Below, in pieces: positions 1 to 11,633 of a DNA stretch of 64,000 nt. Made by a program: the position numbers and the translations under genes. Positions within the stretch are counted from its first letter, which is position 1, and every line of letters starts with the position of its first letter. The notes under the pieces were generated by a model. It saw only the letters and a program-made list of their open reading frames with translations. It made no database searches and had not been told where the DNA came from. Source of the DNA: Scenedesmus sp. PABB004 (Eukaryota); NCBI GenBank assembly GCA_014905635.1, contig JABVCE010000012.1:930001-994000 (forward strand), given 5' to 3'.

Positions 1-1186
1 CGGCGGCCGGCCTCTGGCCTGTGACGGGCTCCCAGCGGCTCACCCGTCGAGCGGCAGCAGCAGGCGCTCCATCTGCTCCGCGCTCTTGGGCCCCCACAGG
101 CTCGCGCCCGTGGCGCGTCCGCCGCGCCGCGCCGTGAAGCTGCCGCCGCTGGCGAGGCCGGCGGCCGCCGCGGGCGCCGCCGCGCTGGCGGGCGCGGGCG
201 CGCCCTCCTCGTCCGACAGCTCCGCCGCCTGCTCCGCGCCCGACGGCCAGCGCGGCCGCATCGCGACCGACAGCACGCGCCCGCCGCCGCCCTCCAGGCA
301 GGTCTCCCCCGCCTCGCCGGCGTCGCCCGCGCGCTGCGCCGCGGCCGCGGCCGCGCCAGCGGCGGCGCCGCCGGCGTCGGGCCAGGGTGTGTGGTCCGCC
401 GCGGGGCCGTGGTGGGGGCGGTGGTTGTGCAGCGCGGCCTCCTTGGCGCGCTGCGCCGCGATGACATGCTCCAACAGGACCGATTTCCACCTGATCAGCA
501 CGCGCACGGTCAGCCACACCGCCAGCACGGCCGTCAGCGGCACCAGCGCCGCGTCGACAGAATTTAGCGCCGCGACAAAGCAACCCGCCGCGCGCCGCGC
601 CGCGGGCTCCCACGCGGGCTCCGCCGACACCACAAACGCCTTGAGCAGGCCCGCCGCGCTGCGCAGCACCCTGCGGCGGCGCCCGGTGGGTGTGAGCCGC
701 GCGCTGCGTGCGCGGCCGCTTCGGCCAGGCGGCGCGAGGAGAACAAAAACATCCGCGGCCAGCTTGTGCGCCGCACCTCGTACTGACAAACAGGCTGATC
801 GCGACGCACGCCGGCGCCTCCAGCGCGACCGGGAGCAGCCCCAGCACCTCCACGCTGAGCGGCTGGTCAGGGTTGGCCTCGAGCCAGCGGCGCGCGCGGT
901 CGGCGACGGCGCTGAGCGATCGGATGGCCAGCCAGCCCGCCAGGGGCGGCAGCAGCAGCTCGTCCAGGCCCGGGACGTGCGCGGCGACCGCGCCGCGCAG
1001 CAGCCCGCTGCCGGCCGCCACGCTCCTGCTGGTGCACAGCCGGAGCTGCTGCAGCTGCCTGGCGGGCTGCGGGAGGCCGTGGCGCCGCGGCTCGCCGCCG
1101 CGGTGGAGCAGCAGCGGCGGTGCGGCGCGCGGGTGTGCCGCGAGCCCTGGGGCCCGCGCCCATGGCGCACAGCACGGCCGATCCAT
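1..1186 (-). CDS. MscS-like mechanosensitive channel (MSL1-like), 5' part; gene continues off the left edge
   Basis: ATG at 1186 (MDRPCCAPW...). Spliced exons give ...LLPVALEAPACVAISLF...VWLTVRVLIRWKSVLL...ERLLLPLDG, followed by a GTGAG donor near 42. The ALE.P, W...RWK and ER.L.LD motifs and their order resemble the N-terminal membrane part of plant MSL1, from memory. The channel domain itself is not in the window. Confidence 0.45.
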   Translation of the reverse strand, partial: MDRPCCAPWARAPGLAAHPRAAPPLLLHRGGEPRRHGLPQPARQLQQLRLCTSRSVAAGSGLLRGAVAAHVPGLDELLLPPLAGWLAIRSLSAVADRARRWLEANPDQPLSVEVLGLLPVALEAPACVAISLFVSTRCGAQAGRGCFCSPRAAWPKRPRTQRAAHTHRAPPQGAAQRGGPAQGVCGVGGARVGARGAARGGLLCRGAKFCRRGAGAADGRAGGVADRARADQVEIGPVGACHRGAARQGGRAAQPPPPPRPRGGPHTLARRRRRRRWRGRGRGAARGRRRRGGGDLPGGRRRARAVGRDAAALAVGRGAGGGAVGRGGRARARQRGGARGGRRPRQRRQLHGAARRTRHGREPVGAQERGADGAPAAAARRVSRWEPVTGQRPAA

Positions 1187-1648
1187 CAAGCCGCGTCTCG
1201 CGAGCGCCGCCGGCTGCGCGCCAACAAAAGCGTCGTGCGGGGGCCGCGCTGCTCCGAACGGCGCGGCGCGGCGGGCTGTGCTGATGGCCTTGCGCCCAGC
1301 TGCTGCGCGGGGAGCGGCTGAGCCGGTCGACGCGGACGGGCTGGAGCCGGGTTACAGCACAGGCGCGCACCGCGCAGGGCTCACCGGCCGCGGCACACCG
1401 CTCCGCGCTGTGCCGCCGCCGCCGGTGCACGGAGGGCGCGCTGCTCGCACCAGGCGCACGCAGCTGCCACGCGCGCCCTGTGGGCAGAGGCGGCAGCGTG
1501 AGCATCAGGCCGAACCCAGAACGCCTGTGCCGCAGCTGCACGCCCGCGCGGCCGCGCGCGCACCCGCCGCGCACCGGCTCGCCGGGCTGTCGCCGGCATG
1601 GTGCCACCCGGTTGTGTTCATGTTGACTGCGCTCGACCCCTTCAGCGC

Positions 1649-2663
1649 TCAGTCGCCGCCGCCGCCGCCGTCGACCACTGCGGCGCCGGCGGCCCGCACC
1701 GCGTCCAGCGCCGCCTCGTCGGTGAAGGGCTGCAGCTCCCACAGCTGCGCAAACGCCTCCAGGTGCTCCGCCGGGGTGTCCAGGCGGATGCTGGCCGCCG
1801 CGAGCTCCTGCGGCAGCGGCGTCAGCGGGTCAGCGGCGCGCGCCGCCGCGCGGGCGGGGCGGGCGAGCGCGCACGTGCGCACAGGGGCGCGCACCATCCA
1901 CTGCAGGTCGCGCTGCAGCCCGGCGACGGCCGCGCCCAGCAGCAGCGCAAGCTCCTCGGCGCTCGCCGGCGGCTGAGGCGGGTCCGGGCTCTGCTCTGCC
2001 GCGTCGCCGCCGTGCTCCGCCGCTGCTCCGTCGCCGTCGGCGACGCCCGGCGCGGCCAGGCCGTCGACCGCACCGGCGCCAGCAGCCGCCGCGCCCTGCT
2101 CGCCGACCGGCGCCCGCGCCAGCGCCGCGTCAGCGCACTCCGCCGCGCGCGCCTGCATGCCGCGCAGGCCCGCCGCCGCGGCCGCGAGCGCCGCCTGCAG
2201 CGACGCGAACGCCGCGTGGCTGGCCGCGGGCAGCTCAGGGTCCGGCTTGGGCACGGGGCGCTGCAGCTGCTCCAGGTAGGCCGACAGCTGGAAGGAGGGC
2301 GCCTGCGGCGGCGCGTGCACCGGCAGCGGCGGCGGCGCGCGGCGTCGCGCGTGCGCCGCTGCTGCCACGCGCTAGCCGGCGCCGCTGCTGTTCGCCGCGG
2401 CCCGCCCTTCTCGCACCAGCTCCTCCAGGCGCTGCAGAACCTTGGGCAGCGCCGGGACGCCCTGCGGCGGCTGCAGCTGCGCGAGCGCGCCCGCGAGGCC
2501 CGCCAGCGCCGCGCCGCCCGCCGCCACCGCGTCCTCCCACTCCTGCGGCCGCGGCGCGAGCGTGAGGGGCACGGGAGGCTGGGGCCGCGATCAGCCAGCG
2601 CCGCACGCGCGCCTGCAGGTGCTCGCAGAAGCGGGTCACGGCCAGCGCTGCGCCGCCGCACAT
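1649..2663 (-). CDS. hypothetical protein (about 4 exons)
   Basis: Exons MCGGAALAVTRFCEHLQ / EWEDAVAAGG...LQRLEEL / APSFQLSAYLEQL...LQRDLQWM / ELAAASIRLD...LWELQPFTDE join in frame. TGTAA poly(A) signal downstream at 1352-1356 (minus strand). Confidence 0.6.
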
Positions 2664-2902
2664 CGACCGAGCGTTCACGCGCGCAGCGGCGGCGGCGGCG
2701 CAGCTGCGGAACAAGTGCGGGGAGCTGCCTCTGACAGCAGGACAGCTGGTGCAGACAGCCGGTGGCGCGGCGATATCGCCGCGCTGAATCGATTGAGCAG
2801 GTGCGGCGGTTCGGGGTGAGTTAAAGTGTGGCCAACGCGCCGCCCGCCGCCGCACGCGCCGCCTGCCACCGCACGCACCGCCCGCCGCCACACTCCCGGC
2901 CC

Positions 2903-4932
2903 TCACCGCCCCGGGCCGCGCGCGATCGGCCAGACGCCGAACACACGCCCGCACCGCGCCGCAACAACCTCGTCGTATAAATTGACCGTCGGGTCGCAGT
3001 GGCCCGGGAGCAGCAGCAGCTTTGCCCCCAGCCCCGGCAGCGCCGGCGGCGGCGCCTGGTGCAGGCCGCGCGGCCAGAGCAGCACGGCGTGCTCGTCGCC
3101 GCCGTTGGCCACCTCGACCCCCTCGGCCGCGAGCTCGCGCAGCAGGCCCGCGGCCACGCTCGGGGCCTCGAGCAGCAGGGGGGCACCGCTGTCGTACGAG
3201 ACCGCCTTCTGCCCGGCGTCGCAGACCACGGCGCCGCGCGCCTCACTCACGCTCATCACCTGGGCCAGCACCCACAGCGCCTGCTCCCACTCGGCGCCGC
3301 CGCCGCCGGCCTGCCGGTTGCGCGCGTAGTCGGCATCGCCGAGCGCGAACGAGCCCGGCTGCACCTCGGTGAAAACGCCGCTGCCCGCCTCGAGCCTGCG
3401 CGCGCGGCGCGGGGCGGCGGGACGACGGGGCGCGGCGGGCTGGGCCGGGCCGCGCGCGCCGCGGCGCGCGGCGCCGCCGTCCGCCGCCGGCGCACCGGTA
3501 CGTGCCCGTGCCGCCGCCGGTCACGGTGCCGCACGCGAGGCCCGGCCCCGCCGCGATGGCCTCAACCGCCGCTGCCGCGCGCGCCGCGACGCGGGCCACC
3601 GCGGCGGCGCGCTCGCCGGGGTCGCGCACGTGCTGTATGCCGCCGTGGTAGGCCTGGACGCCTGGCGGCGCGCGGGACAGGGTTACGGGCCAAGGGAACC
3701 CTCGCCCCAAGGGTTCAGGGTTCAGGGTCAGGGGGCGCAGGGCTTGGCGGTGCTGTTCGGGGCTGCGCGCCGCGACGAGCGCGCGCCGCCGCACCCTGGA
3801 AGGTCACCGCGCCGCGCGTCTGCTCCGCGAGCTCCGCGACGAGGCCGGCGAGCGCGGCGGCCTCGGCGGGCGTGTCGACGCCGCACCTGTCCTGGCCGGC
3901 GTTGACCTCCACCAGCACGCCGACGCTCGTCTCCCACGCGCGCGCGGCGGCCGCGAGCGCCTGCAGCGGCGCGCGCGCGTCCACGACCACCGACACGCGC
4001 GCGCCTACGTCCGCGCAGCACGGCGCGGCTCGGCTTGGAGTCGTGCACTCCCTCCGCGGCGTGCCCGCCCCCATCCCTCCCCTCCCCGCCCCTCCCCCGC
4101 AGCCGCGCCACGCGGGGCGCCCCAGCTGGCCAGCGCTCGCACCCTGCGCCGCGAGCGCGGCGAGGCGGTCGAGCTTGGCCAGGTCCACCACCTCATTGCT
4201 GACGAGGACGTCGGCGATGCCGCCCGCGACGAGCGCCTCCGCCTCGGACACCTTTTGCGCGCACACGCCGCCCGCGCCCACGTCGCCGAGCAGGCGCAGC
4301 TGCAGCGCCGCGAGGTGCGGGCACTTGTGGGCCTTAGCGTGCGGCCGCACCGCGACGCCCGGGTGGTCGGCCGCCATGACGCGCCGCAGCTTCAGGCAGT
4401 TGGCCTCAAACGCTGCGCGCGGCGCCGGCGGGAGGCGCTGCTGGCCGGACGCGGCGGGGCGGCGCGGGAGGGTGCTCCCGGACGCGCCGCACACCACCCA
4501 GTGCCAGGGCCACCCAGGGCCAGGGCCCTAACGCCCTGGCCCAGTGCGGGCGCGGGAGGGGCACTCACCGTCAAGGTCGACGACGAGCGCCGGCGTGTCC
4601 ACCTCCGCCAGCGGCGCGCCGAGGCGGGCGCCCGCGCTCGCCGAGGCGGCGGCGCGCCGCGCGGCCGGCGCCTGCACGAGTGCCCCCGGCCTGCTGGGCG
4701 CGGGTAAGGTGGTTGGCGGGGCCAGGCGGCGGCGGGCGGCGGCGGGCGGCGGCGCGGCGGTGGGCGGCAGCGGCGGTGCGTGCAGCCAGCAGCGGGTCGG
4801 CCGTGCGCCCCGCAGGCGACCGTGTTGGTCTACGGCGCCGGCCGCGCCGCACCAACTGCAGCCGCGAGCCTGCAGCAGCCCAGGCCGCGCCGCCGCTGCT
4901 GCTGCTGCCATCTGCCGCCCCAGCGCGAGCAT
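2903..4932 (-). CDS. D-threonine aldolase-like PLP enzyme (alanine-racemase-type fold, DSD1 family)
   Basis: Motifs VDTPALVVDLD, RPHAKAHKC (PLP lysine), GVCAQKVSEAE, VEVNAGQDRCGV, QAYHG, VTGGGTGT, EVQPGSF, DAGQKAVSYDSG, GDEH and PGHCDPTVNLYD. Four GT-AG introns. N-terminus looks like a transit peptide. Confidence 0.9.
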
Positions 4933-5190
4933 CCGCGCTGGGCTCTGAGCACTCGGCGCTGCCAGCCTGCCTGGGCCTGACTTTGCAGGGAGCAAGGCGC
5001 AGCCTGGCTGGGCGTCAGCTGCGGTGTGCGCGACGTGAGGCAGCAATAACCGCTGCTGACTGCTGCTCCCGAACTGACGCTCGCTCCGTTCGCTCATTGG
5101 GCGCCTTCCGAGTCGGTGAGACCTCCGGGAAGCCGAACGCGCCGATCGGCAGCCTTTCCTGACCCCGCTGGGCAGCGCAGCGCGGCCTCG

Positions 5191-6296
5191 ATGCGCGCGA
5201 ACGCCCTGCAGCCGCGCTCGGCGCAGGGCGCCTGCGCTCGGCCATGGTCACCGGCGCGCGTGGCCTCGGCGGTGGCGCCCGCGCCGCGGCTCGCCGCGGC
5301 GCGGCGCCGGCGGGCGGCGGCGGCGCCACGAGCGGTGCCGGCCACAGCCGCTCCGCCTGACCGGGCGGAGGAGCCGCCGCTGCCCGCTGGCGCGCTTGAC
5401 CGGGACCGGTCGCACGAGACCGACTACGTGGTCGTCGGCAGCGGCATCGGCGGTGAGCGCGGCCGGCCGCCGCGGGACGCGCCGCCGCCGCTGTCAAGCC
5501 TGCGCCACCGCTGCCCCGCGCGCCAGGCCTGTGCTGCGGCGCGCTGCTGGCGCGCTACGGCCACAAGGTCACGGTGGTGGAGAGCCACTACCTCGCGGGT
5601 GCGCACCCGCGCCCGTGCTGCCGCGCCGGGGACTGGGCGGCGGCAGCGCTCGGCGGAGCGCAGCGGGCTGGGCTTGAGGCGGGGCGCCGTGGCGGCTGCG
5701 TCGTCACCGCGCGCAGGCGGCGCGGCGCACAGCTTCAAGGTCGGGGGCTTCACCTTTGACGCGGGGCCTAGTTTCCACATGGGCCTGAGTGATCCGCCCG
5801 GCGCGAGCAGGTGCGCGCCCCGCGGCGCGGCGCGCCTGGCGGCGGCCAGGGCCGCGCGGCGCGCGGGAGCCAGCGCGCGCGCACGGCCGCCGCCGCCGAG
5901 CGCGCGCCGCCGGCCGGCGCCGCAGGAACCCGCTGAAGCAGGTGCTGGACCTGCTGGGCGAGCGCGTCGAGTGCAAGCGCTACGACCAGGCGCGCCGCGT
6001 CGCTCGGCGCGCGCCGCGCGCGGCCGGCCAGGCAGCGGGGCCCGCGCGCTGCCCGCCTCCACAGCCATTGACTGCCGCCGGCCGTGACGCCGTGACGCCC
6101 CGCCGCGCCGCCCCGGGGCGCAGTGGGTTGTCTACGACCCGCAGGGCCGCACCTTCCCCGTCGTCGCGGACGGCGCCGAGTATGCCGGTGCGGCGCGCGG
6201 CACACGGCGCGCGGCGCGCCGGCAGGGACGGCGGCGACGTCCAGGACGGCAGGGACAGCAGGGCCAGCGCCCCGCGCCCACCCGCCTGACTGCCGC

Positions 6297-6346
<50 letters not shown>

Positions 6347-8485
6347 GCCGCCGCCGCCGCCGCGGCCAGACATGATCCGCCGCGTCGGCGGCCCCGACGC
6401 GCTGGCGCAGTGGCGCCGCCTCGAGGCCGCGATGGCCCCGCTGCAGCGCGGCGCGGCGCTCTTCCCCGCCGCCGCGATCCGGGGCGACCTCGGCGTGCTG
6501 CTCACCGCCGCGCGCTTCTTCGGCCCCCAGCTCGCGCTCACCGGCCTCGTCGCCGGCACGCTCACCGTGCGGCGCGCCGCGCCGGCGGGGCGCGGCTGCG
6601 CGCTGCGCGCCGCGCACCGCGGCCCTGGAGCGGGCCGCCGACCTCGCCGCCGCGCCGCGCCACCCCCGGCCAACCGTCCGCGCAGGGCCCGTTCAGCGCG
6701 GTGGTGGACCGCCACGTGACTGACCCCTGGCTGCGGTCACTGATCGACCTCGAGTGCTTCGTCCTCAGCGGCATGCTCGCCAAGGACACGCTCACAGCGG
6801 AGATGGCGAGCGCGCCTGCGCGGCGCGCGGCGCGGCGCGCTGCCGGCGGGCCCGGGCCGGCCCGGGCCGCCGCGCCGCGCCGCCGCCGCCGCCGAATGAC
6901 AGCATGATGCCAGCTGACCGCCCGCCCCGCCTCTGCCCTCGATCCCCTCCTCACTCTCATCCTTCACACGCAGGCCTTTATGTTCATGGAGCGCAGCCAG
7001 GGCAAGGGCCGCATCGACTACCCGGTGGGTCCGGCAGCCCGTCGGGGGCTGCTGGAGGGCTCAGGCGGGCATGGGTTTAGGGCCGAACCCCGCAGCGCGC
7101 CGCCGCCGCGCGGCCGCCCAGGGGCAGCAGCGGCGGCGCCCCGCCGCCTGCCCACCCTGCCGCCACCTCTCCGCCGCGGCGCGCAGATGGGCGGCAGCGA
7201 GGCGATCGTGGCTGCGCTCGTGCGCGGCCTGCAGGCGCACGGCGGCCGCCTGCTGCTGCGGAGCCACGTCGAGCAGATCGTGATGCAGGGCGGCCGCGCC
7301 GCGGGCGTCGCGCTGCGGCCGCGCGCGCCCGGCGGCGGCGCCGCCGGCGGCCGCGAGGTCATCCGCGCGCGGCGCGGCGTCATCAGCAACGCGAGCGTGT
7401 GGGACACGCAGCGCCTGCTGCCGCACGGCGCGGCGCCGCCCGAGTGGCGCCGCCGCGCCGAGGCCACGCCCACGGTGCGGCGCGCGCGCGAGCCGCCGGC
7501 TGACGGGCGGGACACCGTCTGTCCCAGCCCCCTTGCCCTCTCTGCGCTCCGCCCAACCGGCCCGCCCACGGGCCCAACCGGCCCGCCCACGCCCATCCAC
7601 CCCTCCGCCCGCCAGTGCGGGTCGTTCATGCACCTCCACCTGGGCATCGACGCCACGGGGCTGCCGCCGGGGCTGGACTGCCACCACCTTTTTGTCAACG
7701 ACTGGGCCGACATCGAGGCGCCGCAGAACGTGTGCATCGCGAGCATACCCACGCAGTTCGACCCCGACCTCGCGCCGCCGGGCAAGGCGGTCGTGCACGC
7801 GTGAGCGCGCGCAGCGCGCCCGGCGCCGCGCCGCGCGCGCCCCGCGCCCCGCGCCTTGCCGCGCCCCCCGAGCCGCGCCTGAGCCGCGCCCGACTGCCTG
7901 ACTGCCCCCGCGTCGCCGCAGCTACACGGCCGGCAATGAGCCTTACGCGCCGTGGGAGGGGCTGGACCGGCGCAGCCCCGAGTACGAGGCGCTGAAGAAC
8001 GAGCGCTCGCAAGTGCTGTGGCGGGTGCGGGGGCCGCCGCGCAGCCGCGCGGGGCTGGGGGAGCGGCGCGTGCGCCACGCCGCGCGCGCGTGGGCGCGCG
8101 CCCCACGCGCCTGCCCGGCTCCTCTGCCGCCGCCGCCGCCTGACCCGCCCGCAATCCCCTCCCGCTGCCGCCCCCGCCGGCTCAGGCGCTGGAGCGGGTC
8201 ATCCCGGACGTGCGCGAACGCGCGGAGCTCACGCTCGTGGGCACGCCGCTCACGCACGAGCGCTTCCTGCGCCGCCACCGCGGCACGTATGGGCCCGCGA
8301 TCTCGGCGGCCGGCGGCGCCGGCTGGCCGAGCAACGCGACGCCCGTGCCGGGGCTGACCGTCGTCGGCGACAGCACGATGCCGGGGATCGGCATCCCCGC
8401 TGCCGCGGCGAGCGGCATGATCGCCGCCAACGGCCTCGCCCCGGTCTGGGACCACCTGCGCACGCTCGGCGAGCTGGCGCTGTAA
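5191..8485 (+). CDS. carotenoid isomerase (CRTISO)-like FAD-dependent oxidoreductase, phytoene dehydrogenase family
   Basis: DYVVVGSGIGGLCC (FAD-binding), ESHYLAGGAAHSF, FDAGPSF, DYPMGGSEAIV, SFMHLHLG, GTPLTHERFLRR..GTYGP, GDSTMPGIGIPAAAASG. 12 exons, transit-peptide-like N-terminus, TAA at 8483-8485. Confidence 0.9.
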
Positions 8486-8845
8486 GCGGCGGCGGCGCAA
8501 TGTTTGAACCCTCGCGCGCGGCGAGGGTTCAAGCTCACGGCAGTCGACAGGCACGCACCGGAGACGGCGCCAGCCCGGAGACCTGCAGGCCTGTCAATGA
8601 CCTGCGTCCGCACGCCAGGCCGCCCGCCGGCGCCGCCCCACGGCAACCGCTGCTGCTCCGCCGCCGCTGCTGCCGCGCATGCTCGAGCGCCGCCGCCGCC
8701 GCCGGCTCATCCTCCGCGACTGGGCAGCGAGCCTGCCATGTGACGCCGCAGCTTAGCCGGGGCCCGCGCGCCTCACCAGCCCGCCGCAGTCCGCCGCAGC
8801 AGCAGCGGCAGCGATCGAACGCCCCCGCGAGGGGCGCCCACAGCG

Positions 8846-11457
8846 ATGGCGAGCGCGGAGGAGCTGCAGCGCAAGCTCAAGGACGCGTGAGACTGCGCCG
8901 TCGCGCTGCGGCGGCAGCAGCACGCGACCCAGGCGTCGCGCCGCTGCCGCTGTCGGGTGCCGACCGCGCGCGCTCGCCGCCCGCAGCGTCAAACAGTACG
9001 AGGGCAAGCTCGCGGCGCTCAGCGCGCTCAACAGCGCGCTGCAGAAGGAAAATGAGGAGCTCCGGGCGGACCTGGAGGAGGCGTCGGCGCCCAAGACGGA
9101 CGAGGGTGCGCGCACGCGGCGCGCCGCGCCGCTGAGCCCGCCAGCGCGGCCGCCCGGTCACGCGACGCTCGCGCCGTCGCGCCGCAGAGCTGGACGCGCT
9201 GGAGCTCAAGGAGGAGTTTGCGCGCCGCCTGGGCGAGCAGCAGCGCACGATCGACATACTCAAGGCGCGCGGCGCCGCCGCCGCACGGGGCGTGCCGCAG
9301 CGGCCGCGTGCCGACGCGGCGGCGGCGGCCGACGCGAGCCCCCCCCCCCTCCCTCGCGCCGACGCGCCCCGCCGCAGGACACCAACGCGCGGCTGCAGGC
9401 CAAGGTGCGCGACGCCGCGGCTGGCAGCACCGCGACCGAGGCGCAGGTGTCGGCCCTGCAGGAGAAGCTCGCAAAGCAGCAGTGAGCGCGCCGCGCCACC
9501 GCGCCGCCGCTTGCCGCCGGGCGGCACCCCTGCGCGCAGCTCGCGCGCAGCTCGCACGCGCCGCGACACGCGTGCACGCCCGCGCCCGCGCAGGCAGGAC
9601 GGCGCGGCGCTCGCGGCCAAGGTGGCCGAGCTGGAGAAGGGCGCGCGGCGGCTGGGCCACCGCGTGAAGGAGGTTGAGAACGAGCGCGACCGCGCGGCCA
9701 GCCGCGCCGAGGTGCTGGCCATTCAGCTCGAGGAGGCGCGTGGCGAGCTCGCCGCGGCGGCGGCGTCCGCCGCGCGCGCGCTCGCCGCGGCGCAGGCGGA
9801 GCACGCCGACGCGGCCGAGGCGGCGCGCGCCGCCGCGGCGGGCGAGCGCGCCGCGCTCGAGGCCGCGCTCGCCGACGCGCGCGCCGCGGCGGCGGTCGGC
9901 AGCGAGGCCGCCGCGGCGGCGGCGGCGGCGCGCGAGGCGGCGCTCGAGGCGGCGCTGGGCGACGCGCGCGGCGCGGCGGCGGCGCTGCAGGAGGCGCAGG
10001 GCGCGGCGGAGGCGCGGCACGCGCGCGCGCTCGGCGCGCTGCAGGAGCAGGTGCGCGCGCTGGAGCGCGAAAAGCAGGAGCTGCTGGCCGACTCGGGGCA
10101 GGCGAGCGGGTCGCTGATGCGGCAGATACAGAGCCTCGCGGCGGAGGCCGCCGCGGGCGCGGCGCGCGCCGCGGACGCGGAGGCGGCGCTGCTGTCGCGG
10201 CTGCGCGCCGCCGAGGTGGCGGCGGCCGAGGCGGCCGCCGCGGAGCGCGACGCGGCGGGGCGCGCGGCGTCGGCGGAGGCGGCGGTCGAAGCTGCCAAGG
10301 AGGCGGCGGCCGCGGCGGTGCAGGTGGGCTGCGAGGGGCGCTGGGCGCGGGGCTGCGCGGGCGGCGGGCGGCGGCGGGCGGGCGATGCCGCACGCTGCGC
10401 CCCGCGCGCCGCCCACGCGTGCGCCTCCGCCGCCGTGCCCGCGCCGCCCGTGCCGCGCCGCAGGAGTCCGCGGGCCTGCGGCTGCGTCTCGATTCGGCGC
10501 AGCGGCACAGCCGCGCGCTCGAGGCCGAGCGCAACGGCGCGCAGGACCGGCTCGCCGCGGCGCAGGCGCGGGAGCAGGCGCTGCAGCAGGAGCTGCAGCA
10601 GCAGCAGCGGCAGCAGCAGGAGGCGCTGTGGGAGGCGGCGCAAAAGGCGCAGCTGCTGGCGCGGGAGCGCGAGGAGCTGCAGCGGCAGCTGGCCAGCGCG
10701 ACAGCGGCGGCTGCCGCGGCGGCGGAGCGCGCGAGCGCGGCCGCGGCGGGCGCGGCAGCAGCAGCGGATGAGCGCGGCGCCCCCGTGGGCGGCGGCGTTG
10801 CCGAGCGGCGGCAAGGCTCGGGCGCGTACACGCTGCAGGGCCTGGCGGGCCTGGGCCTTGACGACGGCAACGGCAACGGTGTTGGCGGCGCGCCCGCCGA
10901 CGCTGACGCCGGCGGCGGCGCAGACGGGCTGCCGCGCGCCGCCTCGGCTGGCGGCAGCAGCAGCGGCGCGCTCGCCGGCGCCGGCGCGAGCGCGGACGCG
11001 CTCGCGCGCGCGCTCGGCCGGCTGCAGGCGGAGCTCGCGGCCGCGACGCGGCAGCGCGATGCCGCGGGGAGCAGCTGTTCGAGGCGGTCACGCGCGCCGA
11101 CGCGGCGGCCGCCGACGCGGCCGCCGCGCGCGCGGAGCACCGCGCGCTCGAGGACAAGGTGCGCCGCGGCGCGTGGCGGCGCGCCCCGCCCGCGCCCCGC
11201 CCAGCGCCGGCAGCGCGCCCGCACCTGACCGCGCCTCCCCCGCTGCGCCGCAGCTGGGCGTGGCGCTGGAGATCATCGGCGAGCGCGCGCTGCGCATCGA
11301 GGAGCTGCAGGCGGACGTGGCAGAGATGAAGGAGATCTTCAGGGCGCAGCTGCAGGAGGCGGCCGCGCAGCTGGAGGCCGCGCAGCGCGCGACAGATGCC
11401 GGCGCCGCGGCGGGCGGCGGCGGCGGCGGCGCGGAGGGGCACCGCCACGGCGACTGA
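8846..11457 (+). CDS. TMF1/golgin-candidate-5-like coiled-coil protein
   Basis: Long A/E/L-rich coiled coil. The C-terminal exon LGVALEIIGERALRIEELQADVAEMKEIFRAQL matches the TMF C-terminal (TATA-binding) domain consensus. N-terminal ELKEEFARRLGE. Confidence 0.8.
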
Positions 11458-11633
11458 CCGGCCGCGGCGCACGGCCCCGCGCCGCAGCTGAGACACGCTG
11501 CGGCGCGGCGCGCGCGGAGCATCTGTCTGGGCCTGGCGCTGCGTTGCACGCGCGCGCGCTGCAACTCTCGACTCTCAACTGCGGCCTCGCTGCGCGCTCA
11601 ACTCGCCGCGCCTCTCGCCTCGCCGGCCGTGCC

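Noticed and set aside
6299..6362. (GCC)n and other short tandem repeats (also about 13681, 16862, 33417, 42553)
   Set aside because: Ordinary intronic microsatellites expected in very GC-rich DNA.
2903..8485. D-threonine aldolase and CRTISO-like genes as a metabolic cluster
   Set aside because: The divergent pair is about 260 bp apart, but such spacing is general in this window and no pathway link is evident.
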